Assembly: GCA_963702845.1 (NCBI GenBank)
Contig: OY969763.1
Span: 2,560,001 to 2,624,000 of the forward strand
Direction of reading: 5' to 3'
Length of the DNA stretch: 64,000 nucleotides
Source of the DNA: an uncultured Verrucomicrobiae bacterium
GTDB lineage: Bacteria > Verrucomicrobiota > Verrucomicrobiia > Limisphaerales > Palsa-1400
This document shows, one piece after another, positions 1 to 10,236 of this stretch. The position numbers and the translations under genes are program-made. A model generated the notes under the pieces. The model saw only the letters and a program-made list of their open reading frames with translations, was not told where the DNA came from and did no database searches. Position 1 is the stretch's first letter, and every line of letters starts with the position of its first letter.

Positions 1-1431
1 AGGTCCGAGTTTCCTGAGGCGTATAACAATCTTGGGATGCTGTTCTTACGTGAGGGCGACATTGATTTAGGCATTGCTTACTATAGGAAGGCTCTTGCTT
101 TAGAATCGAACTACGTACTTGCACATAATAATCTCGGGGTCGCTCTTATGAAAATGGGGGACTTCAACGAGGCGATTTCACACCTGCGCAAGGCGATCGA
201 ATTGGAGCCAGATATACCGACTGGCTACCGCAATATGGCGCAGTGCTATCTGATGAAAGGCGATCTCGATAGTGCATTCAACGAAATCAAAAAGGTTTTA
301 CCGTTCAATCCCGGTGATGCATCGGTCTATTTCTTTGGAGGGAATTGTCTCTACCTCCAACATCATGTGAAAGAAGCTATCGATTGGTATCAGAAGGCTC
401 TACGGATTAAGCCTGCTGACGTCGATGGACAATACAACATGGCTATCGCCTGGGTTGAGTCAGGGGATATCGCGCAAGCGCATGTTTACTATGCGAAAAC
501 TCTGCGCCTTGATCCCGATTACGCGCGTATCATCGTTGAACGGGGGCGAGCATTGGTTAACAAGGACGACTTGAAGGGAGCACTGGACCATTTTCGACGC
601 GCCTCGGAACTGGATTCGAGTAATGCCGATTATCGAGTTGGGACCGGATACGTGTTAAGCAAAATGGGGAAGAGTAACGAAGCAGAACGGGAATTTAACG
701 AGGTGACGATCTCGAGCAAGAAAGATCCAAGTGCATTATTCAAACTGGGATCGGTTTTCCTTTTGCTGGATGAACCCGCTAGGGCGATTCCAGTGCTGCA
801 GCAGGCGGTTTCGCTTGATGTTGGTTCTGCCGACTATCGTGTTAAGCTGGGAATTGCTTTGCTCATGCTTAATCGAGACGGGGAAGCGAAGCAATGCTTC
901 GAACAAGCGCTCGCTTTAAGTCCAAACCATGCGGATGCACATTATCGGCTTGGAAACGTTCTTCTGAAACATCACGCCCTGGATCTCGCGAAGGTGCAAT
1001 ATGAAGCGGCCCTTAAGGTAAACCCGTCATTTGCTGATCCTCATTTTCAGATCGCTCGAATGCTGGAGATGAAAAACGAGTATCCAGCCGCAATTCAAGA
1101 ACTGACGGTGGCGATTGAATTACGTCCGAATTGGACAGAAGCTCTAAACAATTTGGCTTGGGTATTGGCGACCCATCCGGACTTCAGCTTGCGCAATGGT
1201 GTTGAGGCCGTCCGCTACGCAACACGGGCCATCAATTCTGCAAAGATGAAGGACGCCGACCAACTTGATACGTTGGCCGCTGCGTATGCTGAAGCCGGAC
1301 AATTCAAAGAGGCGGAGATGGCTGCCGAAGAAGCCGTTAAACTTGCCACGGTGGCGCGACGCAATGAGCTAGTGGATTCGATCGAGAAGCGCCTCGCCCT
1401 ATACAAAGCAGGCAAACCGTTCCGTGACTAA
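1..1431 (+). CDS. Tetratricopeptide-repeat (TPR) protein, 5' end outside the window
   Basis: The frame is open from base 1 (RSEFPEAYNNLGM...). It has many TPR units (AHNNLGVAL, AHYRLGNVL) and the C-terminal 'ALNNLAWVLAT...LDTLAAAYAEAGQF...RLALYKAGKPFRD' motif typical of PVC TPR proteins. Confidence 0.9.
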   Translation, partial: RSEFPEAYNNLGMLFLREGDIDLGIAYYRKALALESNYVLAHNNLGVALMKMGDFNEAISHLRKAIELEPDIPTGYRNMAQCYLMKGDLDSAFNEIKKVLPFNPGDASVYFFGGNCLYLQHHVKEAIDWYQKALRIKPADVDGQYNMAIAWVESGDIAQAHVYYAKTLRLDPDYARIIVERGRALVNKDDLKGALDHFRRASELDSSNADYRVGTGYVLSKMGKSNEAEREFNEVTISSKKDPSALFKLGSVFLLLDEPARAIPVLQQAVSLDVGSADYRVKLGIALLMLNRDGEAKQCFEQALALSPNHADAHYRLGNVLLKHHALDLAKVQYEAALKVNPSFADPHFQIARMLEMKNEYPAAIQELTVAIELRPNWTEALNNLAWVLATHPDFSLRNGVEAVRYATRAINSAKMKDADQLDTLAAAYAEAGQFKEAEMAAEEAVKLATVARRNELVDSIEKRLALYKAGKPFRD

Positions 1432-1490
1432 GTTGGGTTATTTGGAAAGACTTAGGAAAACGGCTGGGCCAAATAGCCAAAAGAAACAAG

Positions 1491-1519
1491 TTGACAGTTA
1501 GACCAAACTCCGGTGAGAT
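1491..1519 (+). promoter_or_regulatory. Possible sigma70 promoter for the adhesin gene
   Basis: TTGACA at 1491-1496, a 17-bp spacer, then a weak -10 TGAGAT at 1514-1519. Confidence 0.3.
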
Positions 1520-1677
1520 GGTCGGTAAGTTCACCGAATACCTAACCCAAAAACCCATGTGTCTTAAGGCAGCTTTTTCTAAAGGCTTCGCCGTCTTAGT
1601 TTGACGGCACCTCTTGTTCACTAACCCAATCCTCGACACCCAATCAGATTCCGCATAAGCATAAACCCATCAGCCGT

Positions 1678-4600
1678 ATGAAAAAAACCCACTTAATACA
1701 TGTTCTAAGCATAGCGTCCTTGGTTATGGGATTGCTTCCACTCCGCGCAGCGCAGCAATGGGACCCTAACGGCGCAACTGCTGGTTGTTCCTCCACTGTC
1801 GGCGTGTGGGATACTACCACCGCCAATTGGAGCACGGCCTGTGATGCGGGCGGTAACGTCGCTTGGACTGCCGGTGGAGACGCAGTTTTCTCTACGTCAG
1901 CTGCTTATTCCGTAACCGTAACTGCACCTGTTAGTGTTCATAACATTACAGTTAACCGTGTATCTCCAGGCGCCGTGTCGATCGTAGGAACGAGTGCGAT
2001 GACATTTACTGCCGGGGCGACAGTTAACATCGATGGTGCCGGAATCGCCGTCTTCACCGCGCCTTATGCGGCGGCATCCAGCTCTGTTACTCTGACAAAG
2101 ACCGGCACCGGGACGCTTTCCCTGAATAACTCAGTAAACACTTACGGCGGTAAATGGGCCTGCACAGCCGGTCGCCTCAGCGCGGCGACTGATCTTTTCT
2201 TTGGACCCGCTCCCGCCGGCGTGACCCCAGATTTCATTACTCTGGACTCGGGCGGCGGTTTGAGGACGACAAGTGTCGGCTTGAACCTCAACGTGAATAA
2301 AGGAATAACCTTAGGGTCGGGTGGCGGCGCTCTCGAAGTAAGTGCCACTTTTCAATCAATCAACAGCAAAATCACTGGCCCTGGGGCCCTTTCAATTACT
2401 GGCGCTGCTGCAGCAGTGCCGGTTGTTCTACTTAACACTGGTAATGATTATGCGGGCGCTACAACGATTGCAGCGAGCAGTTTGCTCAAACTCGGCGCGT
2501 CGGGCGTTATACCTGATACATCTGTGGTTACTCTCGCTGCTGCCGGTGCGACGCTGGACTTGAACGGGCAGAGTGAGACGGTCAAATCTCTGTCAGGAAC
2601 TGCTGGCGTCGTTCTGTGCAATGGTGGCACATTGACAATCGCTAATCCCAACGGAGAATCTTATACCTCAACCGTTAACATCGGGAGCGGCACCGGAACC
2701 ATCATCATGAACGACGGTGGTGTGGGTAATGGCAAGTTTACGTTTGGCCCTTCGACGGCAACATACTCTGGCGGATTTACCTTAAATAGTGGAAAACTCG
2801 CCATTTCAGCCAATCCGGCTTTTGGAGTAGGGACATTGACAATTAATGGTGGCACCCTTTGTGCCGCGAGTGCGACTGGTCGGGCACCAACTCCGGCAGC
2901 GGTAACTTTCGCGGGTAATCTAACATCAGACGACACATTTGTTACTCCGACTCCAGGAACGATCACTTGGGGTGCGACAATTCCCTGGACCATCAATGGC
3001 GGCAACCGAACCTATACAATCAATACTGCTGCAAACAACGGCTACACTATCGCGATTAACGGTGTAATTGGTCAGGACGTGGCAGGTCGCAGTTTGACTA
3101 AAGCTGGCAACGGCGTCCTCACTCTCGGTGGCGCGAACACTTACACGGGTGGAACAATCATCAGTGCGGGAACTGTCAACGTGAGTTCGACCGGCAGCAT
3201 TAAGGGATCTGTCACCATCGGCAGCAGCGGCATCTTGAAGCTTACGACTACGACAACCGGACTTGAGACTTCCGCCAACGTTACAAATGCTACCTCGCCC
3301 GCTGCCAGTTCCATTAACCTCGCCTTCACCGGAACGCAAACGATCAACAGTTTGACTTTCGGAACTGCGGTGAAAGCACCCGGAACGTGGGGGTCAACAA
3401 CCTCGAGCGCAACGCACAAGAATACCTCCTTCACTGGAACGGGTATCCTGAGCGTCACAACCGGCGGCACTTCAACCACCAGCATCAGTTCTGATGGATC
3501 ACCTTCCTCCTACGGTAACCCTGTCTTGTTTACAGTAACAGTGACCGGAACAGGTAACGGTTCTACGCCGGTCGGCAACGTCACTATTCTGGATAATGGA
3601 ACTCCAATCGCTACGCCAACACTTAGCGGCAGCGGCAATGTCTCTACGGCAACGTTCTCGACCAGTTCACTGAGCGCAGGAACACATGCAAACATCACCG
3701 CTACGTGGGCTGGTGATGATAATTACGATTTGAGCAGTTCTAGTGTCCTCTCTCAAACGGTCGATCCTCGCCCTGTAACACTTGCGGGCACACGAGGTTA
3801 CGATGGTACTACTGATGCGGCAGCTGCTATACTTACCGTCGGCAACAAGGTCGGCGTTGACGATGTCAGCGTTGCTTCCGGCACGGCGACACTTGCCAGC
3901 GCTGATCAAGGTTCCCGAGCCATCACGTCGTTGGGTTCCTTGGTATTAGGCGGAGCTAACTCCGGTAACTACACCCTTTCGGGCGCGAGCGGCTCGGTAA
4001 CTGTCAACGCTACCGCTCTATCGATTACAGCGACAAACCAAACCAAGGCGAAGGGCAATACACTGTTGTTCAACGGAACGGAATTTACATCTTCCGGCCT
4101 GATTAGTCCTGAAACAATTGGCTCTGTTACCATAACCAGTGCAGGCGCTGATTCGGGCGCTGATGCTGGCACCTATTCGATTGTCCCAAGCGCTGCGACC
4201 GGAGGTACATTCAACCCGGCTAACTACGACATCACTTATCACAACGGCACATTGACCGTGACTGATCCCGCGGCAATCACCAGCAGCCCGTCCAGCAGCA
4301 CCGTCGATGCCGGTGCCAACGTAGTCCTTACTGTCACCGCATCCGGATCCCCTACGCCAACCTATCAATGGAAGAGAGGCGCAAACAATTTGTCCAATGG
4401 CGCTAAGGACAATGCGGCAACTGTCACTGGTGCAACGACTGCCAGTCTCACATTATCGGGTGCTCGGGCGGCTGATGGTGCCGCTTATACTTGTGTGGCA
4501 ACCAACTCAGCAGGCAGCGACACAAGTTCCGCTGCGACACTGACCGTCAATGACCCGGTCATCACGCAACAGCCGGTGAACTCCACCTTCGAATGCTCCT

Positions 4601-7600
4601 CGAGCAACGCCCTTACCGTAACCGCTATTGGCACGACCAACGCGAACGGTCTTCTGACCTATCAATGGTATACGCCCGATCCGAGTGGCACAGCCATTAC
4701 GGATGCGACCAATTCCGTCCTGTCCTTCCCGACGGTTTCCTTCCTTAACGCAGGCAGCTATTCAGTGGTCGTGAGCAACGCGCTCGGCAACTTCATCACC
4801 AGCTCTGTTGTCGTCGTGACCATTGAAGACACCAACGCCCCTGTGATTAGCGTTATCGTCGGCGCGGCCACGGCTGAGTGCCACACCTCCTACAGCGATG
4901 CCGGCGCAACCGCGACCGACAGCTGCGACGGTTCTGTCAGTGTCAGCACGACTGGTTTGCCGAACGTGAATGCCACGGGCAATTACACCATCACCTATAC
5001 GGCGCAGGACGCGTCGGGTAACAGTTCCACCGCCACTCGCGTGGTGACCGTGGTTGATGGCACCGCCCCGGTGGTTACGCTCAATGGCGCTGCTTCCGTG
5101 ACACTTGAGTGCCACGGCTCATTCAGTGACCCAGGCGCGAGCGCCTCGGATACCTGCGATGCCAGCGTCACCGTCTCCACCAGCGGCGTATTAGACGCGA
5201 ACACACCTGGTGTTTACACCCTGACCTACAACTCGACGGATCTTTCCAGCAACACCGGCACCGCGACCCGCACTGTTACCGTCTCTGATAACGCCGCTCC
5301 TGTGGTGACCTTGACTGGCGCAGCGAGCGTCACAGTGGAATGTCACAGCAGCTATACCGAAGCGGGTGCAACGGCCAATGATGCCTGCGAAGGTTCCGTC
5401 AGCGTGAACACGACTGGTTCAGTTGATGCGAACACTGTTGGTAACTACACCTTGACCTACGGAGCTTGCGACTCCGGCAGCCATTGCGCGGCAACCACTC
5501 GTATCGTCCACGTCATTGACACCGCCGCCCCTTTGGTGACGATCAACGGCACCTCGCCGATGACGGTGGAATGCCATGGCAGCTTCAGCGATCCTGGTGC
5601 GACATCGGCTGATGATTGCGATGCCGGTCCGAGCGTCGTGACCAGCGGCAGCGTCAATGCGAACGCGGTGGGTTTCTACACCTTGACCTATAGCTCGACA
5701 GATGCCGCCAACAACACCGGCAGCGCGACCCGCGTGGTTCACGTCACTGATACGGTTGCTCCTGTCATCACCGTCACCGGCGGCGATCAAACCGTGGAAT
5801 GCCACGACACCTTCACCGATGCCGGCTCAACCGCGGCGGACGCCTGCGAAGGCGACGTGAGCGCCAACATTGCTGTTAGCGGCAGCGTCGATGCTAACAC
5901 CGTTGGTGTCTACACCTTGACCTACAGCGTGGCCGATGGCAGCGGCAACCCCGCCTCCGCCACCCGCACCGTCACCGTCAATGACACGGTTCCTCCTGTG
6001 ATTACCGTCACCGGGGGCACCACGGTCAGCGCCTGCCAATTCGTCGCGTATAACGATGCCGGTGCGACAGCAAATGACGTCTGCACAGGCAGCGTCAGCG
6101 TGAGCAGCAGCGGCAGCGTCGACACCAGCACCGCTGGTGCCTACACCTTGACCTACAGCGCCCAGGACACGACCGGCAATACCGCCACGGCCACCCGCGT
6201 GGTCACCGTTGGTCCTTGCAACGCGGTTATCACCCAGCAACCGCATGACACCAACGTCAATGCGAACGCTTCGTTCACCTTGAGCGTGACAGCCGTTTCG
6301 GGCAACCCGATCACCTATCAGTGGAAGACCAATGGCGTTGCCATCAGTGGGGCGACCGACTCGAGCTACACTGTGGCCCATGCCTTCCGTGGCAATGCCG
6401 GCACCTACACGGTTGACGTGATCAGTGGCGTGACGACCATCACCAGCGACCCTGCAGTAGTGACCGTCCAGGATCCTGCCTTCACCATCAACCCGATATC
6501 GCAGACCTTGGCGGTTGGAGTGAATACGAACCTGAGCCTGGTGGCCGTTGCGGATGGCACCCCGACGCTGAGGTATCAATGGTACGTCAAGACTGCCCTC
6601 CACACCAATAAACTGGTCACCACCACCAATCTGACGATCAAACCGTTGGCCCTTGGTTCAGCGGGCACCTACTTCTGCGTGGTGAGCAACGCCGGCCATG
6701 GCATTACCGCTACCAGCTCCATGGCTACCATTGCAGTCTATCAAGCGCCGAAGGTTTCGACCCCGGCCAACCAGACAAAGTTCGTTGGTCAGAACGCGAT
6801 CTTCAAAGTGGCGGTTAGTCCGGCCACTGCGAACAATCCTCTCTATGGTGGCCCGGTCCACTATCAATGGGTTCAAGGGCCGCCCGACAACTACACTGTG
6901 TTGATTGATAACGGCCATTACGCCGGCACGACCACCACGACCATGACGATCGTGAACGTGCAGACCGGCGATGCGTCGGTTGCTCATACCCCGACGGGCT
7001 ATCGTTGTATGGTCAACAACGGGGCTCCGACGAACGTGTTTAGCGCCTTCGGTGCTGGGTTGACCGTCAGACAATACACCAACCCCCCTGTGGTTGTGAT
7101 CAATCCCACCGGCACTGGCCTTGTCACCAGCTCGAACATGAACATAGCTGGAACAGTAACCGACAAAGGCCTGGTCACGGACGTCTCGCTCAAGCAGATC
7201 ACCGTTGATGCCACCAACACGCTGCCCTCGGACATCACCTACAAGACCAACGCCGCGCATCAACAAATGCCTGGCAATGTCCTGTGGACCAACGCCGTCA
7301 CCTTGACCCCCGGCACGAATGCATTCACAGCCACGGCTGTTGACGGCGAAGGCAACACCGGCACGAACAAGCCAGTGCGCAACATCTACCTCCTCGTGCC
7401 GCAGGCACTGACCCTGGCCACCAACGGCCCCGGCACCATTCAGATCACCTCGCTGGGTGTCCTTGGTAAACCGCTCATCGGAACGACCAACGTCTACCAG
7501 GGCATTGGTTACACCCTCAAGGCCCTGCCCAAAGTCGGCGTCCACACCTTCCTTGGTTGGACCGACGGTGACAACAACGCCTATTACGGCACCGGCCCGA

Positions 7601-7671
7601 TCATCATCACCAACACCCTGCACTTCATCATGCCGGGAACAAACCTGACCCTCCGCGCCAACTTTAACTAA
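1678..7671 (+). CDS. Large secreted adhesin-like protein (autotransporter-associated beta-strand repeats, Ig-like/Big_3, YDG/MBG-like, six DUF5011/HYR-like repeats, further Ig domains)
   Basis: Signal peptide; LTKTGTGTLSL and LTKAGNGVLTLGGANTYTGGT repeats; RGYDGTT; Ig motifs PTYQW...YTCVATN; six ~77-aa 'DT.APV.T..G....EC....D.GA.A.D.C' units. Confidence 0.85.
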   Translation: MKKTHLIHVLSIASLVMGLLPLRAAQQWDPNGATAGCSSTVGVWDTTTANWSTACDAGGNVAWTAGGDAVFSTSAAYSVTVTAPVSVHNITVNRVSPGAVSIVGTSAMTFTAGATVNIDGAGIAVFTAPYAAASSSVTLTKTGTGTLSLNNSVNTYGGKWACTAGRLSAATDLFFGPAPAGVTPDFITLDSGGGLRTTSVGLNLNVNKGITLGSGGGALEVSATFQSINSKITGPGALSITGAAAAVPVVLLNTGNDYAGATTIAASSLLKLGASGVIPDTSVVTLAAAGATLDLNGQSETVKSLSGTAGVVLCNGGTLTIANPNGESYTSTVNIGSGTGTIIMNDGGVGNGKFTFGPSTATYSGGFTLNSGKLAISANPAFGVGTLTINGGTLCAASATGRAPTPAAVTFAGNLTSDDTFVTPTPGTITWGATIPWTINGGNRTYTINTAANNGYTIAINGVIGQDVAGRSLTKAGNGVLTLGGANTYTGGTIISAGTVNVSSTGSIKGSVTIGSSGILKLTTTTTGLETSANVTNATSPAASSINLAFTGTQTINSLTFGTAVKAPGTWGSTTSSATHKNTSFTGTGILSVTTGGTSTTSISSDGSPSSYGNPVLFTVTVTGTGNGSTPVGNVTILDNGTPIATPTLSGSGNVSTATFSTSSLSAGTHANITATWAGDDNYDLSSSSVLSQTVDPRPVTLAGTRGYDGTTDAAAAILTVGNKVGVDDVSVASGTATLASADQGSRAITSLGSLVLGGANSGNYTLSGASGSVTVNATALSITATNQTKAKGNTLLFNGTEFTSSGLISPETIGSVTITSAGADSGADAGTYSIVPSAATGGTFNPANYDITYHNGTLTVTDPAAITSSPSSSTVDAGANVVLTVTASGSPTPTYQWKRGANNLSNGAKDNAATVTGATTASLTLSGARAADGAAYTCVATNSAGSDTSSAATLTVNDPVITQQPVNSTFECSSSNALTVTAIGTTNANGLLTYQWYTPDPSGTAITDATNSVLSFPTVSFLNAGSYSVVVSNALGNFITSSVVVVTIEDTNAPVISVIVGAATAECHTSYSDAGATATDSCDGSVSVSTTGLPNVNATGNYTITYTAQDASGNSSTATRVVTVVDGTAPVVTLNGAASVTLECHGSFSDPGASASDTCDASVTVSTSGVLDANTPGVYTLTYNSTDLSSNTGTATRTVTVSDNAAPVVTLTGAASVTVECHSSYTEAGATANDACEGSVSVNTTGSVDANTVGNYTLTYGACDSGSHCAATTRIVHVIDTAAPLVTINGTSPMTVECHGSFSDPGATSADDCDAGPSVVTSGSVNANAVGFYTLTYSSTDAANNTGSATRVVHVTDTVAPVITVTGGDQTVECHDTFTDAGSTAADACEGDVSANIAVSGSVDANTVGVYTLTYSVADGSGNPASATRTVTVNDTVPPVITVTGGTTVSACQFVAYNDAGATANDVCTGSVSVSSSGSVDTSTAGAYTLTYSAQDTTGNTATATRVVTVGPCNAVITQQPHDTNVNANASFTLSVTAVSGNPITYQWKTNGVAISGATDSSYTVAHAFRGNAGTYTVDVISGVTTITSDPAVVTVQDPAFTINPISQTLAVGVNTNLSLVAVADGTPTLRYQWYVKTALHTNKLVTTTNLTIKPLALGSAGTYFCVVSNAGHGITATSSMATIAVYQAPKVSTPANQTKFVGQNAIFKVAVSPATANNPLYGGPVHYQWVQGPPDNYTVLIDNGHYAGTTTTTMTIVNVQTGDASVAHTPTGYRCMVNNGAPTNVFSAFGAGLTVRQYTNPPVVVINPTGTGLVTSSNMNIAGTVTDKGLVTDVSLKQITVDATNTLPSDITYKTNAAHQQMPGNVLWTNAVTLTPGTNAFTATAVDGEGNTGTNKPVRNIYLLVPQALTLATNGPGTIQITSLGVLGKPLIGTTNVYQGIGYTLKALPKVGVHTFLGWTDGDNNAYYGTGPIIITNTLHFIMPGTNLTLRANFN

Positions 7672-7696
7672 CGCGCGAAGATAAATCGCTAAACTC

Positions 7697-7730
7697 AAAG
7701 CGCCCTCGACCATTTCGAGGGCGCTTTTTT
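7697..7730 (+). terminator. Rho-independent terminator
   Basis: AAAGCGCCCTCGA-ccatt-TCGAGGGCGCTTT followed by further Ts, just after the adhesin stop. Confidence 0.85.
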
Positions 7731-7785
7731 GTCACTCGGTTTGGCGTGACTTTGACACGCTTTGCCATCAAATTTCGAAACACGG

Positions 7786-9192
7786 ATGAAGAAACAATCT
7801 CCAGTATCACGCAGCGGTCGATTTGTCAGCGGACCCGCGGCCGATGCGGCCCAATTTACTGAATCGATTTCTTTTGACTGGCGCTTGTGGGAGCACGACA
7901 TTCTCGGTTCATTGGCCCACGCGGCGATGCTCCACAAAATCGGGCTGTTAACAAAAACCGAGCTGACATCTATTCAGAAAACGCTCGAGGCAATCGCCGA
8001 GGAAATCAGCGCGGGCAAATTTCGTTGGGATGCGGCGCTCGAAGATGTTCACATGAACATTGAGGCGGAGTTGACGCGCCGCGCTCCCGCCGGTGCGAAA
8101 TTGCACACTGGCCGTTCGCGCAATGACCAGGTTGCACTCGATTTGCGGATGTGGTTGCGCGACGAAATTGTATTGCTGAATCGCGCCATCCGCAGCTTAC
8201 AGTTGTCGCTCGTCAATCTCGGCACGAAATATTCGAACGTTCTTATCCCGGGTTACACGCATCTGCAACGAGCGCAGCCGGTTTATTTTGCGCATCATTT
8301 GCTCGCCTATACTGAAATGTTGGAACGCGACCACCAACGCTTCAGTGATTGCTTTTGGCGGACGAATGTTTGTCCTCTGGGCAGCGGCGCAATTGCAGGA
8401 TCGACGTTACCCCTCGATCGGGAGCTTGTAGCAAAGATGCTCGGATTTGTGGACGCCAAAAACCAACCGCGCGTCACGCAAAACTCGATGGACGCGGTCA
8501 GCGATCGCGACTATGTCGTTGAATTCTGCAGCGCGGCGGCGTTGCTGGCGGTGCATTTATCGCGACTGGCTGAAGACATTGTGCTTTGGAGCAGCTCCGA
8601 ATTTTCATTCATTAAGATTTCCGACGCTTACACAACTGGCTCGTCTTTAATGCCGCAGAAAAAGAATCCGGACGTGGCAGAATTGGTGCGCGGAAAGTCA
8701 GGCCGCGTCGTTGGCAATCTGATGGCATTGCTCACGTTGCTCAAAGGCTTGCCGATGACCTACAACCGCGACTTGCAAGAAGATAAAGAACGTTTGTTTG
8801 ACACGGCAAACACGGTCCATACCTCGGTTCGACTAACGGCGGCCATGCTCGATAACACGAAGGTCAATGAACAGTCGTGCAATGTTGCCGCGTCCGATGC
8901 TGGGCTCCTCGCGACAGACCTGGCTGATTACCTCGTGCGAAAAGGAATGCCATTCCGCCAGGCACATCACGTTGTTGGAGCCGTCGTTGCTGCTGGCGAA
9001 CGTGACGGCAAATCACTTAATCAGATGACCGTAACGTCATTGAAGCAGATCGACTCTCATTTCGATAATGACGTTGCTAGAATCTTTGACCTAAAAAGCG
9101 CGATGAGCCGCCGCGAGCTGATTGGCGCACCTGGAACAAAACAGGTCGCAAAACAACTCGCCCGCTGGAAGAAACTCTTGCGGGCCACATAA
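7786..9192 (+). CDS. argH: Argininosuccinate lyase
   Basis: Motifs LHTGRSRNDQ, PGYTHLQRAQP, GSSLMPQKKNPD and YNRDLQEDKE. ATG at 7786 is preferred over TTG at 7762. Confidence 0.97.
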   Translation: MKKQSPVSRSGRFVSGPAADAAQFTESISFDWRLWEHDILGSLAHAAMLHKIGLLTKTELTSIQKTLEAIAEEISAGKFRWDAALEDVHMNIEAELTRRAPAGAKLHTGRSRNDQVALDLRMWLRDEIVLLNRAIRSLQLSLVNLGTKYSNVLIPGYTHLQRAQPVYFAHHLLAYTEMLERDHQRFSDCFWRTNVCPLGSGAIAGSTLPLDRELVAKMLGFVDAKNQPRVTQNSMDAVSDRDYVVEFCSAAALLAVHLSRLAEDIVLWSSSEFSFIKISDAYTTGSSLMPQKKNPDVAELVRGKSGRVVGNLMALLTLLKGLPMTYNRDLQEDKERLFDTANTVHTSVRLTAAMLDNTKVNEQSCNVAASDAGLLATDLADYLVRKGMPFRQAHHVVGAVVAAGERDGKSLNQMTVTSLKQIDSHFDNDVARIFDLKSAMSRRELIGAPGTKQVAKQLARWKKLLRAT

Positions 9193-9194
9193 GG

Positions 9195-10199
9195 ATGCGC
9201 TCGGAACTGCTTTCCAGTCTGCTTAAAGAAGTTTCGCGTTCATTTTATCTGACGATGCGGATTCTGCCCGCTCGTATCCGGCCGCAGATCGGGACCGCAT
9301 ATCTCCTTGCGCGGACCACGGACACGATTGCTGATACCGGTGTCATTTCGATCGACTCACGGCTTTCAGCGCTTGGGCAACTGCGCGAGAAAATCAGCGG
9401 CACCAGTTCGGGGATCCTTAATTTCGGCGCGTTGGCGAAAAACCAGTCATTACCGGCCGAGCGCGTTTTGTTGGAGCGGGCCGAAGAAGCTGTTTCGTTA
9501 CTTGATGGTTTTTCCGAAGCCGACCGTCAGCGGATTCGGAACGTGCTAAGCATCATCACGAGCGGCCAGGAGCTGGATTTGAAACGTTTCTCCTGCGCGA
9601 CCGCCGAGCGCATAGTCGCTCTGCAATCTGACGCCGAGTTGGATGACTACACCTACCGCGTCGCCGGTTGCGTTGGCGAGTTTTGGACGAAAGTTTGCCA
9701 TGCCCACCTGTTCCCGGAGTTGAATGTGGATCAACTTGTGCCGGATTCGATTCGGTTCGGAAAGGGACTACAATTGGTAAACATCTTGCGTGACGTGCCG
9801 CGCGATCTTCGTAACGGTCGATGTTACTTTCCCGAACCGCGATTGCGCCAACTTGGCCTCGCGCCCCAGGACCTGTTGGCGCCAGAACGAGAGAAAGCCT
9901 TTCGTCCGTTATATGACGAATATTTGGCGATGGCGGAGTCGCATCTGGAAGCGGGTTGGCGGTACACCATTCGGCTTCCGAGAAAACAGATTCGACTGCG
10001 CCTGGCGTGCGCCTGGCCTATCCTTATTGGGATCCAAACGTTGCAAAAATTGAAAACCGGACCGATCCTTGACCCCAGCCACACCATCAAAGTCAGCCGC
10101 CGCGAGGTGCGCCGCATCGTGATGCGGTCGATAGCGAGCTATCCCCTCAAAAAGGTTTGGGAATCACAGCTTTGTAAGGGACCACACGACATTGATTGA
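9195..10199 (+). CDS. Squalene/phytoene synthase family protein
   Basis: VSRSF, YLLARTTDTIAD, YTYRVAGCVGEFW, GKGLQLVNILRD..RDL..GRCYFP. Confidence 0.9.
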   Translation: MRSELLSSLLKEVSRSFYLTMRILPARIRPQIGTAYLLARTTDTIADTGVISIDSRLSALGQLREKISGTSSGILNFGALAKNQSLPAERVLLERAEEAVSLLDGFSEADRQRIRNVLSIITSGQELDLKRFSCATAERIVALQSDAELDDYTYRVAGCVGEFWTKVCHAHLFPELNVDQLVPDSIRFGKGLQLVNILRDVPRDLRNGRCYFPEPRLRQLGLAPQDLLAPEREKAFRPLYDEYLAMAESHLEAGWRYTIRLPRKQIRLRLACAWPILIGIQTLQKLKTGPILDPSHTIKVSRREVRRIVMRSIASYPLKKVWESQLCKGPHDID

Positions 10200-10236
10200 A
10201 GTTGATTGCGGAGGCTGTTTTCAGTAAAAAGTCAGG

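Noticed and set aside
1432..1677. tRNA or riboswitch in long intergenic regions (also 23034-23288 and 50238-50589)
   Set aside because: No cloverleaf, T-loop consensus or recognisable aptamer was seen by eye; an Rfam/tRNAscan run would be needed to exclude them fully.
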